A stretch of 40,289 nucleotides of DNA from Promethearchaeota archaeon (lineage in GTDB: Archaea > Asgardarchaeota > Lokiarchaeia > Sigyniarchaeales > SOKP01): NCBI GenBank assembly GCA_011364975.1, contig RDOE01000023.1, forward strand, positions 1 through 40,289, read 5' to 3'. Shown here piece by piece: positions 1-9,563 of this stretch. Under the pieces are notes generated by a model. The model was not told where the DNA came from and ran no database searches. It worked only from the letters and a program-made list of their open reading frames with translations. Positions within the stretch are counted from its first letter, which is position 1. Every line of letters starts with the position of its first letter. The translations under genes were made by a program, and so were the position numbers.

Positions 1-1285
1 CTGTTAAATTGTAATTCCTTATTCCATCACCCCAACCTGATGTATTAAATCGCCACAACTGATCAAGAATATCCCATCTAATTGTCTCATCATTGTAATT
101 GGGATCTTCAAACGCTTCAGAATCGGTTATCAATGTCATAAATGCGAGATGGATCATATTAAAAAAAGCATTCCGATGATATCTCAAGAAACTGTAAAAT
201 CCTTCTTCAAATCGTTTGATATAATGATGTTGGAGACAAGGATTATCTTCTAACATTACAAGAGCAAATTCCACATCCATACTAAAAGCCAGGGCATAAG
301 TATCATAAGCTGTATTTCCTACTGAGCCCATGTTGCCATTATGCATTGACATTATTTTCGCAGCAGCATAATTATAAAGAGAGTCATATTTATCAGGTCT
401 TGCTGTGGCACCAATACGTAGTAGTGCTAATTGCCACATGCTTTCACCCAAAATTGGGTTTAAATCTGAGCCAACAGGTTCCCCTTCTCCTCCGAGTAAG
501 AGCCAATTAGTATTACGAAAGCCTTCAATCATCTGTTCTGTTAGTAAGGAAATTCGCTCTACACACCATCTACTATCCTCATTAGTGTTAGGATCAATAA
601 ATTTTAGCACACTCGCAAAGCCAAGATAATAACCAGCAAGCTCATCTCGTGATGTATGTAGTCTCACCCTCCAATTTTTATAGGCTCCTGTTCCATTGAA
701 ATGTCTTTCATCTTCATCAAAGATCCATTTATGATATTTGTAATTTTCAGGAGCACAAACAAATCTTGCAGGCATGCCAGGATAATCTGGACCTATACCT
801 CCATTAGGAGCAGCTAACATATTGCTGAATCCAGAAACACACTTTTTAACCATACGAGTAGCATTCGTTAATTCATCCAAATCATTATTATCTAATGCAT
901 ATTTATATCGAAGACTTTGTGAGGTTAAAGTATATCCTAAATGAAGAGCACCATTATCAGTTCCAAGCCATTCCTTAACTTTATTATAAGAATTATTTTC
1001 AAAGATTAAATCAACACTGATATTGGTAGGTATATGCCATTTCTCTAATTGATAATCAAAATTGTGAGCCATTTGCTCTAAGTAGGTTTGATTGGCAGTA
1101 ATTTGATTTAATGGGGTGAAATAATCAGTGTTAGGAGGATCAAGCTCAAGAGTAAATGATGCAACATCATCTATTATGGATAAGCCAAAACCAAGAAATG
1201 AAAAGAATCCAATTAAGGGTATGGAAAATAAAATTGCTACAACAACATTTTTCTTAATCAGGTTTTTTCTTGTTCTGATCCGCAT
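1..1285 (-). CDS. Secreted or membrane-anchored hypothetical protein, partial (runs off left edge; missing from ORF track)
   Basis: ATG at 1285, open to the window edge (~428 codons): MRIRTRKNLIKKNVVVAILFSIPLIGFFSFLGFG (basic plus hydrophobic N-terminal anchor) ... WLGTDNGALHLG ... PGMPARFV ... LHTSRDELAGYYLG; predicted helix-rich. Confidence 0.85.
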   Translation of the reverse strand, partial: MRIRTRKNLIKKNVVVAILFSIPLIGFFSFLGFGLSIIDDVASFTLELDPPNTDYFTPLNQITANQTYLEQMAHNFDYQLEKWHIPTNISVDLIFENNSYNKVKEWLGTDNGALHLGYTLTSQSLRYKYALDNNDLDELTNATRMVKKCVSGFSNMLAAPNGGIGPDYPGMPARFVCAPENYKYHKWIFDEDERHFNGTGAYKNWRVRLHTSRDELAGYYLGFASVLKFIDPNTNEDSRWCVERISLLTEQMIEGFRNTNWLLLGGEGEPVGSDLNPILGESMWQLALLRIGATARPDKYDSLYNYAAAKIMSMHNGNMGSVGNTAYDTYALAFSMDVEFALVMLEDNPCLQHHYIKRFEEGFYSFLRYHRNAFFNMIHLAFMTLITDSEAFEDPNYNDETIRWDILDQLWRFNTSGWGDGIRNYNLT

Positions 1286-1332
1286 GTTAAATTGTGAGAA
1301 ATAATTTTTATGTTATTTATTTTACTTTTTAA

Positions 1333-2079
1333 CTATTTAAAGTTTAAAAATTGGAGCCAAGATCTATCATTTTTTAACCTTTCATATTCTTCGCGATTTC
1401 CAAAATCCCCTCTAAATTGATCTTTATTCATCTCATACACTCTTACTTTCCAATTTCTTGTTTTCATACCCATAAGTATCGCTTCAGGAAGTTCAAGTTC
1501 TTTTCTCTGAGAAGGTTTTATTAATTTCAAGGTTTCAAAAATTTCCTTTGAGAGAACAAAGAGACCAGCATTGTTAAGTCGAGATTTAGACGTACCCTTT
1601 CCTGGTTTTTCAATTATATCGGTTAAATAGGAATCTTTGGTATAGACAGCTGCACCTAAATGAGGATCATTAGTTTGATTTGCTGTAAGAATATAATCTT
1701 GTTTTTCGTTCTGAAAAATATGATTAATTTCCTTATAAACAGAATAGCCTAAGAGTATATCTCCCCATGTTAAAATGAAATGGTTGTTAGCTATTAATGG
1801 TTCACAAAGAAGTACAGCTCCTCCCGTTCCATTTAATTGCTTTTGCTCAATATACTCAATAGTAATATTTAATTTGATTTCATTTTGAAAATAATTAATG
1901 ATTTGCTCCTTTCTATATCCTACTACGAGAATAAAATCTCGAATTCCTGAGTAGACTAATCCTTCTATTATATATCTTAGTAATGGTTTTCCATGTATTG
2001 GTATCATCGTTTTTTGATACTTTTCGGTGTATGGATAAAGGCGTTTTCCATATCCTGCACATAAAATAACAACTTTCAA
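1333..2079 (-). CDS. Sugar-1-phosphate nucleotidyltransferase (NTP_transferase family)
   Basis: VILCAGYGKRLYPYT...K signature, EQ..LNGTGGA, WGD, IIEKP, NAGLFV. TTG start overlaps the upstream stop (TTGA). Confidence 0.9.
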   Translation of the reverse strand: MKVVILCAGYGKRLYPYTEKYQKTMIPIHGKPLLRYIIEGLVYSGIRDFILVVGYRKEQIINYFQNEIKLNITIEYIEQKQLNGTGGAVLLCEPLIANNHFILTWGDILLGYSVYKEINHIFQNEKQDYILTANQTNDPHLGAAVYTKDSYLTDIIEKPGKGTSKSRLNNAGLFVLSKEIFETLKLIKPSQRKELELPEAILMGMKTRNWKVRVYEMNKDQFRGDFGNREEYERLKNDRSWLQFLNFK

Positions 2080-3179
2080 TAAATATCAGCTCCTTTACTG
2101 GTTTCTATTATGTATGCTACCCCTTTAGCGTCTTCAATTGCATTTTTAAGCTTTTCTTGATTACGGGGATAAAGAGCAAACATGGTACCACCAAAACCAG
2201 AACCGTTAATTTTTCCACCATAAGCCCCAATATCTTTACAATTGGAGAGCATTTTGTCTATTCTATCCGTTGAGACACCAATGTTATCTCTTAATTGTTT
2301 TTGATGGTTTTCCAATAGAATTCCCAACTTTTTATAAAATTGATAGACTTTCCTAAAATCATTTTTTCTATTAAGTATTTTAAGATTATTATCAATCAGG
2401 GATTTAGCTTGAATTGTTAAATCTCGATTTATTAAAATACCTTTAATTTTCTTTTGGTATTCTTTATTTAAATTAGGTAAATAAGATTCTATATCTTCTA
2501 ATTTGGTCTGAAATTGATTGAAATTAGGCATTAATTCTTTCATCAATTTAATTGAAATTAAACTAGCTTCTTTTACTTTTATTAAATCATCTACTGTATT
2601 CTTTTTTTCCATTGAATTTCCCAGTACAAAACCTTCGAGCGTAATATTATAATTTATTAGCTCAGGATTTGGCACTGATGGGTTAAGGTAAAGAAGATTT
2701 CCATATGCAGCAGTATAATGATCCATCATACCTCCTCCCTCATTAAATTCTGTAACTTCTGAATGGTAGCCCATCAAAGCGAGCTGATATAAATCAAATC
2801 TTTGATTTGAAATTAAATTTAGAAAGTAAAGCCAAGCCATTACTAATGCAGAAGAGCTTGCAACTCCCGCATTTATCGGAATATCACCAAAAATTATTAT
2901 CTTATAGCCATTATCAAATTTGATTCCACTCCTTAGAAATAGATTAAATCCACTCTTCAAATAATCTCGATTTGTACTATATTCTTGTTCCTTGTTAATC
3001 AATTTTATTTCAAGTTTTTGATGAACATCTGGAAGGTTAACTATGAATTTTTGTTCATTGGTTTTTTTTGCTTCTAAATAAATATACTTAGAAATTGCCA
3101 TAGAAATTACAGGATAGGACAGGTAATCTTGATGTTCCCCAAAAAGACAAATTCTACCAGGAGATTTAATTTTAATCAT
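2076..3179 (-). CDS. Galactokinase-like GHMP sugar kinase
   Basis: PGRICLFGEHQDY, IPINAGVASSSA, GGMMD, GGKINGSGFGG motifs. Sugar specificity is not assignable. Confidence 0.88.
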   Translation of the reverse strand: MIKIKSPGRICLFGEHQDYLSYPVISMAISKYIYLEAKKTNEQKFIVNLPDVHQKLEIKLINKEQEYSTNRDYLKSGFNLFLRSGIKFDNGYKIIIFGDIPINAGVASSSALVMAWLYFLNLISNQRFDLYQLALMGYHSEVTEFNEGGGMMDHYTAAYGNLLYLNPSVPNPELINYNITLEGFVLGNSMEKKNTVDDLIKVKEASLISIKLMKELMPNFNQFQTKLEDIESYLPNLNKEYQKKIKGILINRDLTIQAKSLIDNNLKILNRKNDFRKVYQFYKKLGILLENHQKQLRDNIGVSTDRIDKMLSNCKDIGAYGGKINGSGFGGTMFALYPRNQEKLKNAIEDAKGVAYIIETSKGADIY

Positions 3180-3374
3180 ATTTAAAGTAATTAAATATTT
3201 GAACTTACAAAATTAAATTTAACTATAGCAATTAATTGTTTTTACTTCTATTGGTAATACACGGATATTACATTTTTTTTTCTTTTAAAGAGATTTGTTT
3301 CTATAAATAGACAAATAGTAATTAATTCTTTTAGTTTTTATAATTCTCTAGAGAAAATTGTATGAGTTTAACCT

Positions 3375-4103
3375 ATGATACACGATTTCTTGATAATAAA
3401 AGATGGACTTCCCATATTATCTAGGAATTTTACTAATTCGATAAATGTTTTTTCTCAATCTGACACGCTCATTTTAGTATCTGGTTTCTTTACGGCCTTA
3501 AATTCGTTTTCTGATTCTTTTGAGGATCTAGGCACTATTAGTGAGTTAAAATTATCAAATAATGATTTAAAACTCTCATTTCTAAAAGATAATAGTATAC
3601 CAAACTTGATTTACTTAGCTACTTTCGATGAAGCTTCTAAATCTGTTAATGTTCGCCGAGTTTTAAGGAAAATATCTAGAACTTTTCTTCAAAAATATAA
3701 TATAACTGAAATATTGAATTGGAAAGGTAAAAGAAATTCATTTAAATCTTTTGAAACGATATTAGATAAATATGTTGAAGAAGAATTATGTGAAAGTGAC
3801 TCTAAATTTAAAGAAAGAATCGAAGATTTATTTAAGTGTGTAGAAGAGAAAATCAATGAAGAAACGAGTTTAAAAGCTCCTGATGACCTTCCTTCATATT
3901 GTAATCAAATTCCGACCTTTACAATAGTAAAGAAAGTAAACCCAAAAAATTTTTTAACTGGAGAAACCGCACATAAAGTATTTTATGATATTGATGGTAA
4001 AAAAACGATAAAAAATATCACTGATGATTTAAATTTATCACATGAACAAGTTTATAACATATGCAAAAACTTAATAAAATTAGGTTTTGTAAGCTTAAAT
4101 TAA
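3375..4103 (+). CDS. Longin-like domain plus C-terminal winged helix (NPRL2-like architecture)
   Basis: N-terminal IHDFLIIKDGLPILSRNF...LVSGFFTALNSFS longin pattern; C-terminal IPTF...IDGKKTIKNI...ICKNLIKLGFV wHTH. Confidence 0.7.
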   Translation: MIHDFLIIKDGLPILSRNFTNSINVFSQSDTLILVSGFFTALNSFSDSFEDLGTISELKLSNNDLKLSFLKDNSIPNLIYLATFDEASKSVNVRRVLRKISRTFLQKYNITEILNWKGKRNSFKSFETILDKYVEEELCESDSKFKERIEDLFKCVEEKINEETSLKAPDDLPSYCNQIPTFTIVKKVNPKNFLTGETAHKVFYDIDGKKTIKNITDDLNLSHEQVYNICKNLIKLGFVSLN

Positions 4104-4144
4104 GCTGTACTGATAATTTTTATCTGAACAATAAACAATTATTC

Positions 4145-4450
4145 CTATTTATGAGTTCTTTTTTGATGCTGCTTTTTTCTTTTTCTTTCTTCTTCTTCTG
4201 CTTCTTGCGCAAGTTTACCAATTTCTTGTTCATCTTTACTCTTAAAAAGAAATGTTCCTTGAATTTTACTTAATTCTCTTTGTCCAGATTTACCTATCTT
4301 CTCGAAAGTAAGAGTTACAGGTATTTCTTGTTTTAAAGCTAAGTTAATGAAATTAATAAAACCATAATGTTTACTTGGTGCAATATTAAATTTAATTTCA
4401 ACTTCTTTGCTTTTTTTAGTTGTAGTCTTTAGTAAAAGTCGTAATTTCAA
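4145..4450 (-). CDS. Small basic hypothetical protein
   Basis: 101-aa ORF with TTG start filling the gap between flanking genes; charged C-terminal helix. Confidence 0.7.
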   Translation of the reverse strand: MKLRLLLKTTTKKSKEVEIKFNIAPSKHYGFINFINLALKQEIPVTLTFEKIGKSGQRELSKIQGTFLFKSKDEQEIGKLAQEAEEEERKRKKQHQKRTHK

Positions 4451-4579
4451 TTGTTTTCACGATATTGTTATGTTTTTTAAGTATTGAATAACTCTTTTAA
4501 TTTCATTAAATTATAAAAGTTATAATATTGTTATAATTAACTATATTATATAAAATAAAAAGAATTTTGAGAGATCAAC

Positions 4580-5362
4580 ATGTCTTCCAACCTTTTTCCG
4601 TATAAATATTCAAAGGAGGAATGGTACAAAGCAGATTTCATTAATGAAGATGATGTAGTGGTGATCGTTGATACATCTAGAGAAATTATTTGGTTCTATA
4701 GCGGCAAAAAGAGTACTGCCCGAAATAGAATTAATGCACGTGAGCTACTTAATGAATTAATGAAAAATTATTCTTCATATGCATTAAAAGAGGTATCAGA
4801 AGAAACCCCAGATGATATCTTGGCTTATTTGGAAGATTTAAGAGAAGAATTCTTTAAAAGAAGAATATCGACTTTAGCATATGATATTCGAAAAGTGTCA
4901 AATCTATTTTTTTATCTTAACTGCCTAGCGTGTTTATTATTAATTATAACGTCTACGCTTTCAATTATATGGATTATTGGAACTAGTACTTATGAACTCA
5001 ATGGATTTGATCATTTCGCGATCAGTTTATCATCTTTTTCATTCCAGATTATATTTATTGCTTCATTATTATTAAGTTCATTTCTTTCATTTATGTTAAC
5101 CTTCATAATTGCGCTTTTCTTAAGGAAAAAATCCTTAATATTCTATACGATTATTACTTTAATTCTAAGCCTTGGTGGATTCTTTTTTGTTAGATTTTGG
5201 GATTTTTTAATGTTTTCTGAAATCAGTGGGCAAGTTATTTTCTTTCGAGTGGATATATTTACGCTATATATATTTAATCTCAATATTATTATGATAATTC
5301 CACTAATTATAGGAATCACTTTAATAATTATTGGGTCAAAAAAAATTCTTGAATATCCATAA
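4580..5362 (+). CDS. Gelsolin-like domain fused to about four TM helices
   Basis: FINEDDVVVIVDTSREIIWFYSGKKST...EETPDD resembles the gelsolin repeat core; four hydrophobic segments in the C-terminal half. Confidence 0.6.
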   Translation: MSSNLFPYKYSKEEWYKADFINEDDVVVIVDTSREIIWFYSGKKSTARNRINARELLNELMKNYSSYALKEVSEETPDDILAYLEDLREEFFKRRISTLAYDIRKVSNLFFYLNCLACLLLIITSTLSIIWIIGTSTYELNGFDHFAISLSSFSFQIIFIASLLLSSFLSFMLTFIIALFLRKKSLIFYTIITLILSLGGFFFVRFWDFLMFSEISGQVIFFRVDIFTLYIFNLNIIMIIPLIIGITLIIIGSKKILEYP

Positions 5363-5387
5363 AATCAACTAATTTTATCCCCTAATT

Positions 5388-6011
5388 ATGAGTTCAAAAC
5401 TTAGACTAAGAAAAGTATTCAAACCCCTTGTTATTTTTTTAGCTAAATTTTTAAGTAAAATGGGAGTATCCCCTAATTTAGCTACATCACTAATGCTATT
5501 TTTTGCTTTTCTTAGTAATATTACCCTTACAGTCTTCAATAACTTCCTATTATGTGCTATTTTCATTTTTATAACTGGAATATTTGACGGAATTGATGGA
5601 GCTATAGCAAGGTTAAGAAATAAAGAATCTTTGTTGGGGGGATTTTTAGACTCGTTCATGGATAGAGTAAGTGAATTTATAATATTCTTTGGATTTCTTA
5701 TGCGTTTTAACAGTAATCGATTATGGATAATAATTGATATGAGGATTGTTATTATTATATCCTTCCTAAGTTCAATTATGATAAGTTATACTAGAGCAAG
5801 AGGAGAAAGTCTTGTTAAGGGAGATTTTGATGTAGGATTAATGGCTCGCTCTGAAAGATTATTTTTCCTATTTCTTTCCTTTTTATTAGCGAGTTTTTTT
5901 GGATTTATAAATGAGTTCCTCTTTATTTTTATGTTATTAGTTTTATTTACAGTATTTTATCGATATTTTAAAATACATAAACTAATTTATCTAACCGAAA
6001 AAAACACGTAA
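5388..6011 (+). CDS. CDP-alcohol phosphatidyltransferase (archaetidylinositol-phosphate synthase-like)
   Basis: DGIDGAIAR...GGFLDSFMDR signature; SYTRARGE; GLMARSER. Confidence 0.92.
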   Translation: MSSKLRLRKVFKPLVIFLAKFLSKMGVSPNLATSLMLFFAFLSNITLTVFNNFLLCAIFIFITGIFDGIDGAIARLRNKESLLGGFLDSFMDRVSEFIIFFGFLMRFNSNRLWIIIDMRIVIIISFLSSIMISYTRARGESLVKGDFDVGLMARSERLFFLFLSFLLASFFGFINEFLFIFMLLVLFTVFYRYFKIHKLIYLTEKNT

Positions 6012-6048
6012 TTTAAAGTTCTTAAACATTAAAAGATAGAATTTTTTG

Positions 6049-6759
6049 TTAATAATTATTAGGATTAAAATTTAATATTAATTTGTCCCCATTATGGAGA
6101 TTGAAATAATCTCGTAAATAAGGTTTAGCAAGAATCTCAATTATATTTTTTTGATGATGAGTTCTTTGAATATCTAATATAGCTGCTTTCTTAAAATTGT
6201 TTTTATTATCTAATCTTGAAATGTATACATCATAACATTTTACGGGGCCATATTCTCTACTTTGATCCTTAAATCCATCAATAATTACTGGTGTTATATT
6301 TTTTAATTTTTCACGTAAGATTTCATTATCAGTATCACTAAGTTTTAAGTTTAAAGTTCCTTTGTAAGGTTCAAAACCTAATTTAGTCTTAAATTGATCA
6401 TAATATCCTTTAATCGCTACATAATAGCCTCCTTCATGCATTCCCTCAGTTACTTCCCCAACAATTAGAATTGATTCTAACATTGATTTTAGGTTTTTAT
6501 AAACTGTAAGCAGTACATTGGCTCCTTTTTTAGTGATAATGATTGCTTGAGATTTTCCATTTAGTTTCTTTTTGATCCAACCTAACTTTTCTAACTCATT
6601 TATTCTTCTACTCCCTGATTGTTGGCTTAAATTCAATAGCTGTCCGAATTCTACAGTAGTTATATTAATTGATCGTTTATCTTGAGTAAATTGACACAGT
6701 CGATAAAGTGTAAACCAATTTATATATTTTTCAGGAGTAATTCCATCTTCTTCAACCAT
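6049..6759 (-). CDS. ribK: CTP-dependent riboflavin kinase with N-terminal wHTH (RbkR-type)
   Basis: HTH LNLSQQSGSRRINELEKLGWI; GEVTEGMHEGGYY, LGFEPYKGTLNL, RTHH, EILA..YLR...L.NGD. Confidence 0.93.
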   Translation of the reverse strand: MVEEDGITPEKYINWFTLYRLCQFTQDKRSINITTVEFGQLLNLSQQSGSRRINELEKLGWIKKKLNGKSQAIIITKKGANVLLTVYKNLKSMLESILIVGEVTEGMHEGGYYVAIKGYYDQFKTKLGFEPYKGTLNLKLSDTDNEILREKLKNITPVIIDGFKDQSREYGPVKCYDVYISRLDNKNNFKKAAILDIQRTHHQKNIIEILAKPYLRDYFNLHNGDKLILNFNPNNY

Positions 6760-6773
6760 TAATGTCCCCTTAA

Positions 6774-7223
6774 CTATTTTTTTGACTGATCAATTATTTT
6801 CTTCTTAATTAGTCTAGAAGAATGTAAATTATATTTATCATAATATGTTTCCAATCGTTTTACAATGATATGATCTAAACCTTTTTTAAAAAGACCTTCT
6901 CTTAACATATCAATATCATATTTCTGATCAGGACCAAGTAAGATTATATCTGGGTTGAATTCTTCTACTGTTCTAAGAGTGTCGTTATCTGGTCGCCCTA
7001 ATTTTGCCACTTTTACGTTTTTTAATCCTTGAACTACTTCAAGTCTTTGGTTTTCTGGAACAATAGGTTTTTGACCTTTAAATCGCTCGGCATTTTTATC
7101 AGTAGAAACTATTACATATACATCACCAAGTTTCGCAGCTTCATTTATAAAAAAGATGTGACCGGCATGAATAATATCAAATGTGCCTGCGATGAGTATC
7201 TTCTTTTTTTTAATCATAATCAA
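6774..7223 (-). CDS. ribL: Archaeal FAD synthetase (cytidylyltransferase family)
   Basis: GTFDIIHAGH, PIVPENQR, PDIILLGPDQ, SSRLIK; adjacent to ribK. Start is TTG 7223 or ATG 7217. Confidence 0.85.
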   Translation of the reverse strand: MIMIKKKKILIAGTFDIIHAGHIFFINEAAKLGDVYVIVSTDKNAERFKGQKPIVPENQRLEVVQGLKNVKVAKLGRPDNDTLRTVEEFNPDIILLGPDQKYDIDMLREGLFKKGLDHIIVKRLETYYDKYNLHSSRLIKKKIIDQSKK

Positions 7224-8797
7224 CCTTTTATTTCTTTTTCTTCAATTGTTTCAAATGAAAGCCCGATAAAAACGGGTCCTCTAATATCAAATTTCTTTTG
7301 GGAGTTCCACAAAAATTCCATAATAATATCATCCAGCGTTAAATTCACTTCTGAGGCTCTGTAACACATTTTAACTCGATGCTCATAAAATTCTATTTTT
7401 TGATCTAACAAAATTTCAATATTATATGCCATTTCCGCAGCAATCCCTTCGAGATAAGTAAGTCCAGAGTCGATTGCATTGTCAAGCTTCTCATCAGGAG
7501 CCAATCCTACAATATTTCCTTCCTTTACCCATACTTTATTGAGAGCAGCTGGGCCTAATAATCTTACTCCCTGATCTTTTTCCCATAAGGTTACCCTTAT
7601 TTTTTTATTTTTTATTGTGCCTTCCCATACGTTAATTTCTAAAGGAGCTTGCGCATCTTTATATTCCCGAGCAATTTTAACAATCGCATTCTTTATTTCA
7701 ATCCCCGTTTCTGTTAATGGAACTTTTTTATATTTTAATCCACTCGCTATTTCATGATCAGTAAAGCTAATTTCTTCGTAAAAGTAAGGATAAACTAATT
7801 TTCGTATATCTTCAATTCCAGTTTTTATCATACAGATTCTTTCAACTCCAAATCCGATATTAAACACAGGATATGGTATTTCATATTTTGAAAGACTTAC
7901 TGGACTGTAAAAACCCCCATCTCCAATTTCGATCCATTCTTTTGTTTTTGGATGTTCTACGAATACTTCAAATTCAGTTTGTGGAGCATAATATTTTGAT
8001 GTTGCTTTTTTTATGGTAGACTTGCTATTCTTAAAACCAAATTCTTCACAAATTTGCTTAGCAATTTTTTGACAATCTTCAAGAGAGATTTCGGGTGTTA
8101 GGATAACTAAAGAGATAGTATTTGAATCAATTAGATGTGTTGCATCCAATTTCTGCTCTCTACGGAATTTAGGGCATATTGAAAAATATTGTAGGGGTAA
8201 AGTTTTCTTTTTTATTAATTGTGATAAAACCTTGAACCATAATGCGGTTGTATGACTTCTTAGAGTCATTTTAGATGGGATAGGCTTTAAGCCCTTTAAT
8301 TCAGGAAATACTTTATCTATTAATTCGGTAGCATTACTTTCTTCTATCTTTAACTCTTCGATAAAAACTTCAATTAAATCATCAGCTTCAATCTCGTTTT
8401 TCTTATATCTTCGGAATATATTTTGTAATTCATTAATTTGATTAAAGTTAGGGATAATTGATTTAATCTTTTCAATCTTCTCTTTAGAAATACCTATATC
8501 TGGACGGGGTAATCCTGCTAAATAAAATACTCTATCAAGAATAAGCACTGCTTCGGGACCGTATTGTTTATAAATTTCCTCCTCTTCAACAAACATAGGT
8601 AAAATTAATTCTTCGAATCCTAAATTAATCATTTTTGTTCTAGCATAAACAATAAAATCATTAATCAGATGAGAGTTTCCCTTCTGTTCTAACTGAAACA
8701 AATCACCTTTTAGTTTCAAAAGATTTTTTGTCTCTTGCCATGTTTTTTCATAGTCAATGCTACTTTCCTTATTGATCTTCTTGAAATCAAAATCCAT
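7220..8797 (-). CDS. sepS: O-phosphoseryl-tRNA(Cys) synthetase (SepRS)
   Basis: KQYGPEA.LILDRVFYLAGLPRPDIG, TLRSHTT..WF, FRREQ..DATHL, SKYY.P, FNIGFGVER, LLGPAALN, DIRGPVF. Confidence 0.92.
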   Translation of the reverse strand: MDFDFKKINKESSIDYEKTWQETKNLLKLKGDLFQLEQKGNSHLINDFIVYARTKMINLGFEELILPMFVEEEEIYKQYGPEAVLILDRVFYLAGLPRPDIGISKEKIEKIKSIIPNFNQINELQNIFRRYKKNEIEADDLIEVFIEELKIEESNATELIDKVFPELKGLKPIPSKMTLRSHTTALWFKVLSQLIKKKTLPLQYFSICPKFRREQKLDATHLIDSNTISLVILTPEISLEDCQKIAKQICEEFGFKNSKSTIKKATSKYYAPQTEFEVFVEHPKTKEWIEIGDGGFYSPVSLSKYEIPYPVFNIGFGVERICMIKTGIEDIRKLVYPYFYEEISFTDHEIASGLKYKKVPLTETGIEIKNAIVKIAREYKDAQAPLEINVWEGTIKNKKIRVTLWEKDQGVRLLGPAALNKVWVKEGNIVGLAPDEKLDNAIDSGLTYLEGIAAEMAYNIEILLDQKIEFYEHRVKMCYRASEVNLTLDDIIMEFLWNSQKKFDIRGPVFIGLSFETIEEKEIKG

Positions 8798-8817
8798 AGT
8801 AATCGTTTGGCTTTCTG

Positions 8818-9438
8818 TTATTTAGGTTTAACATTACTTTCAATGCATCTTTTAAGTTCATTCATTTGAAGAGAAATAGAAATATCCCCACGGGTTCTTT
8901 CTATAATATTTCTTGCTTGATCAGTTTTATGCCTTAAATCTTGGGTTAACCCTGAAGGGTAATCAATAGAGAATAAATATGTATATAGCTCATCCATATC
9001 TTCAAGAATCTGGTTAAGTTCTTCGATTTTTGAATTACGAATATTATCCAGTGCATATCTTCTTAATTCTCCAATAACATCAGCTAATCCTAAAGCATAA
9101 TGTAACGGAGAAACATTTAACTCATTTGGTGCAGGAATAGCCTTTTTAGAGACTATGGAATAAAAAACCACTGCTTCAGTATATTCCTGTTCTGGTGTTT
9201 TTAAATATTTAAAAAATATACCTGGATTATGGTTTATTAATGATAATAATTTGCTATGGCTAATTTGAATATTACTTATCTTTTCAGAATAATCCGCAAG
9301 TTCTCTACGATGTATGTGTTTAATAGCAATGCTACAATCTCTAATTATAATTCGGGATACTTTTAGAATCTCTTCTCTATTCAAGTCTAATTTATCTAAA
9401 TCTTCAGTTAAATCTGAGAAAATCTTTTTAAGGCTCAT
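8818..9438 (-). CDS. Translin/TRAX family RNA/ssDNA-binding nuclease
   Basis: REEILKVSR, QEYTEA, YALGLADVIGELRR, LRHKTD motifs. Confidence 0.92.
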   Translation of the reverse strand: MSLKKIFSDLTEDLDKLDLNREEILKVSRIIIRDCSIAIKHIHRRELADYSEKISNIQISHSKLLSLINHNPGIFFKYLKTPEQEYTEAVVFYSIVSKKAIPAPNELNVSPLHYALGLADVIGELRRYALDNIRNSKIEELNQILEDMDELYTYLFSIDYPSGLTQDLRHKTDQARNIIERTRGDISISLQMNELKRCIESNVKPK

Positions 9439-9563
9439 TCTTATAAATAAATATTTTAGTAATGATTAATTGTAATTTTAAATATAATTAATTATCAAAA
9501 GAAAGTAAAATATTTAGGATTTTTTGTTAAAAACAGTTTAGAAAAATTTAGAGAAGAGTTTCT

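Noticed and set aside
7220-8797. Phenylalanyl-tRNA synthetase alpha subunit
   Set aside because: Same class IIc fold, but the LDRxFYLAGLPRP, LLGPA and RGPVF motifs and the C-terminal anticodon domain are SepRS-specific.
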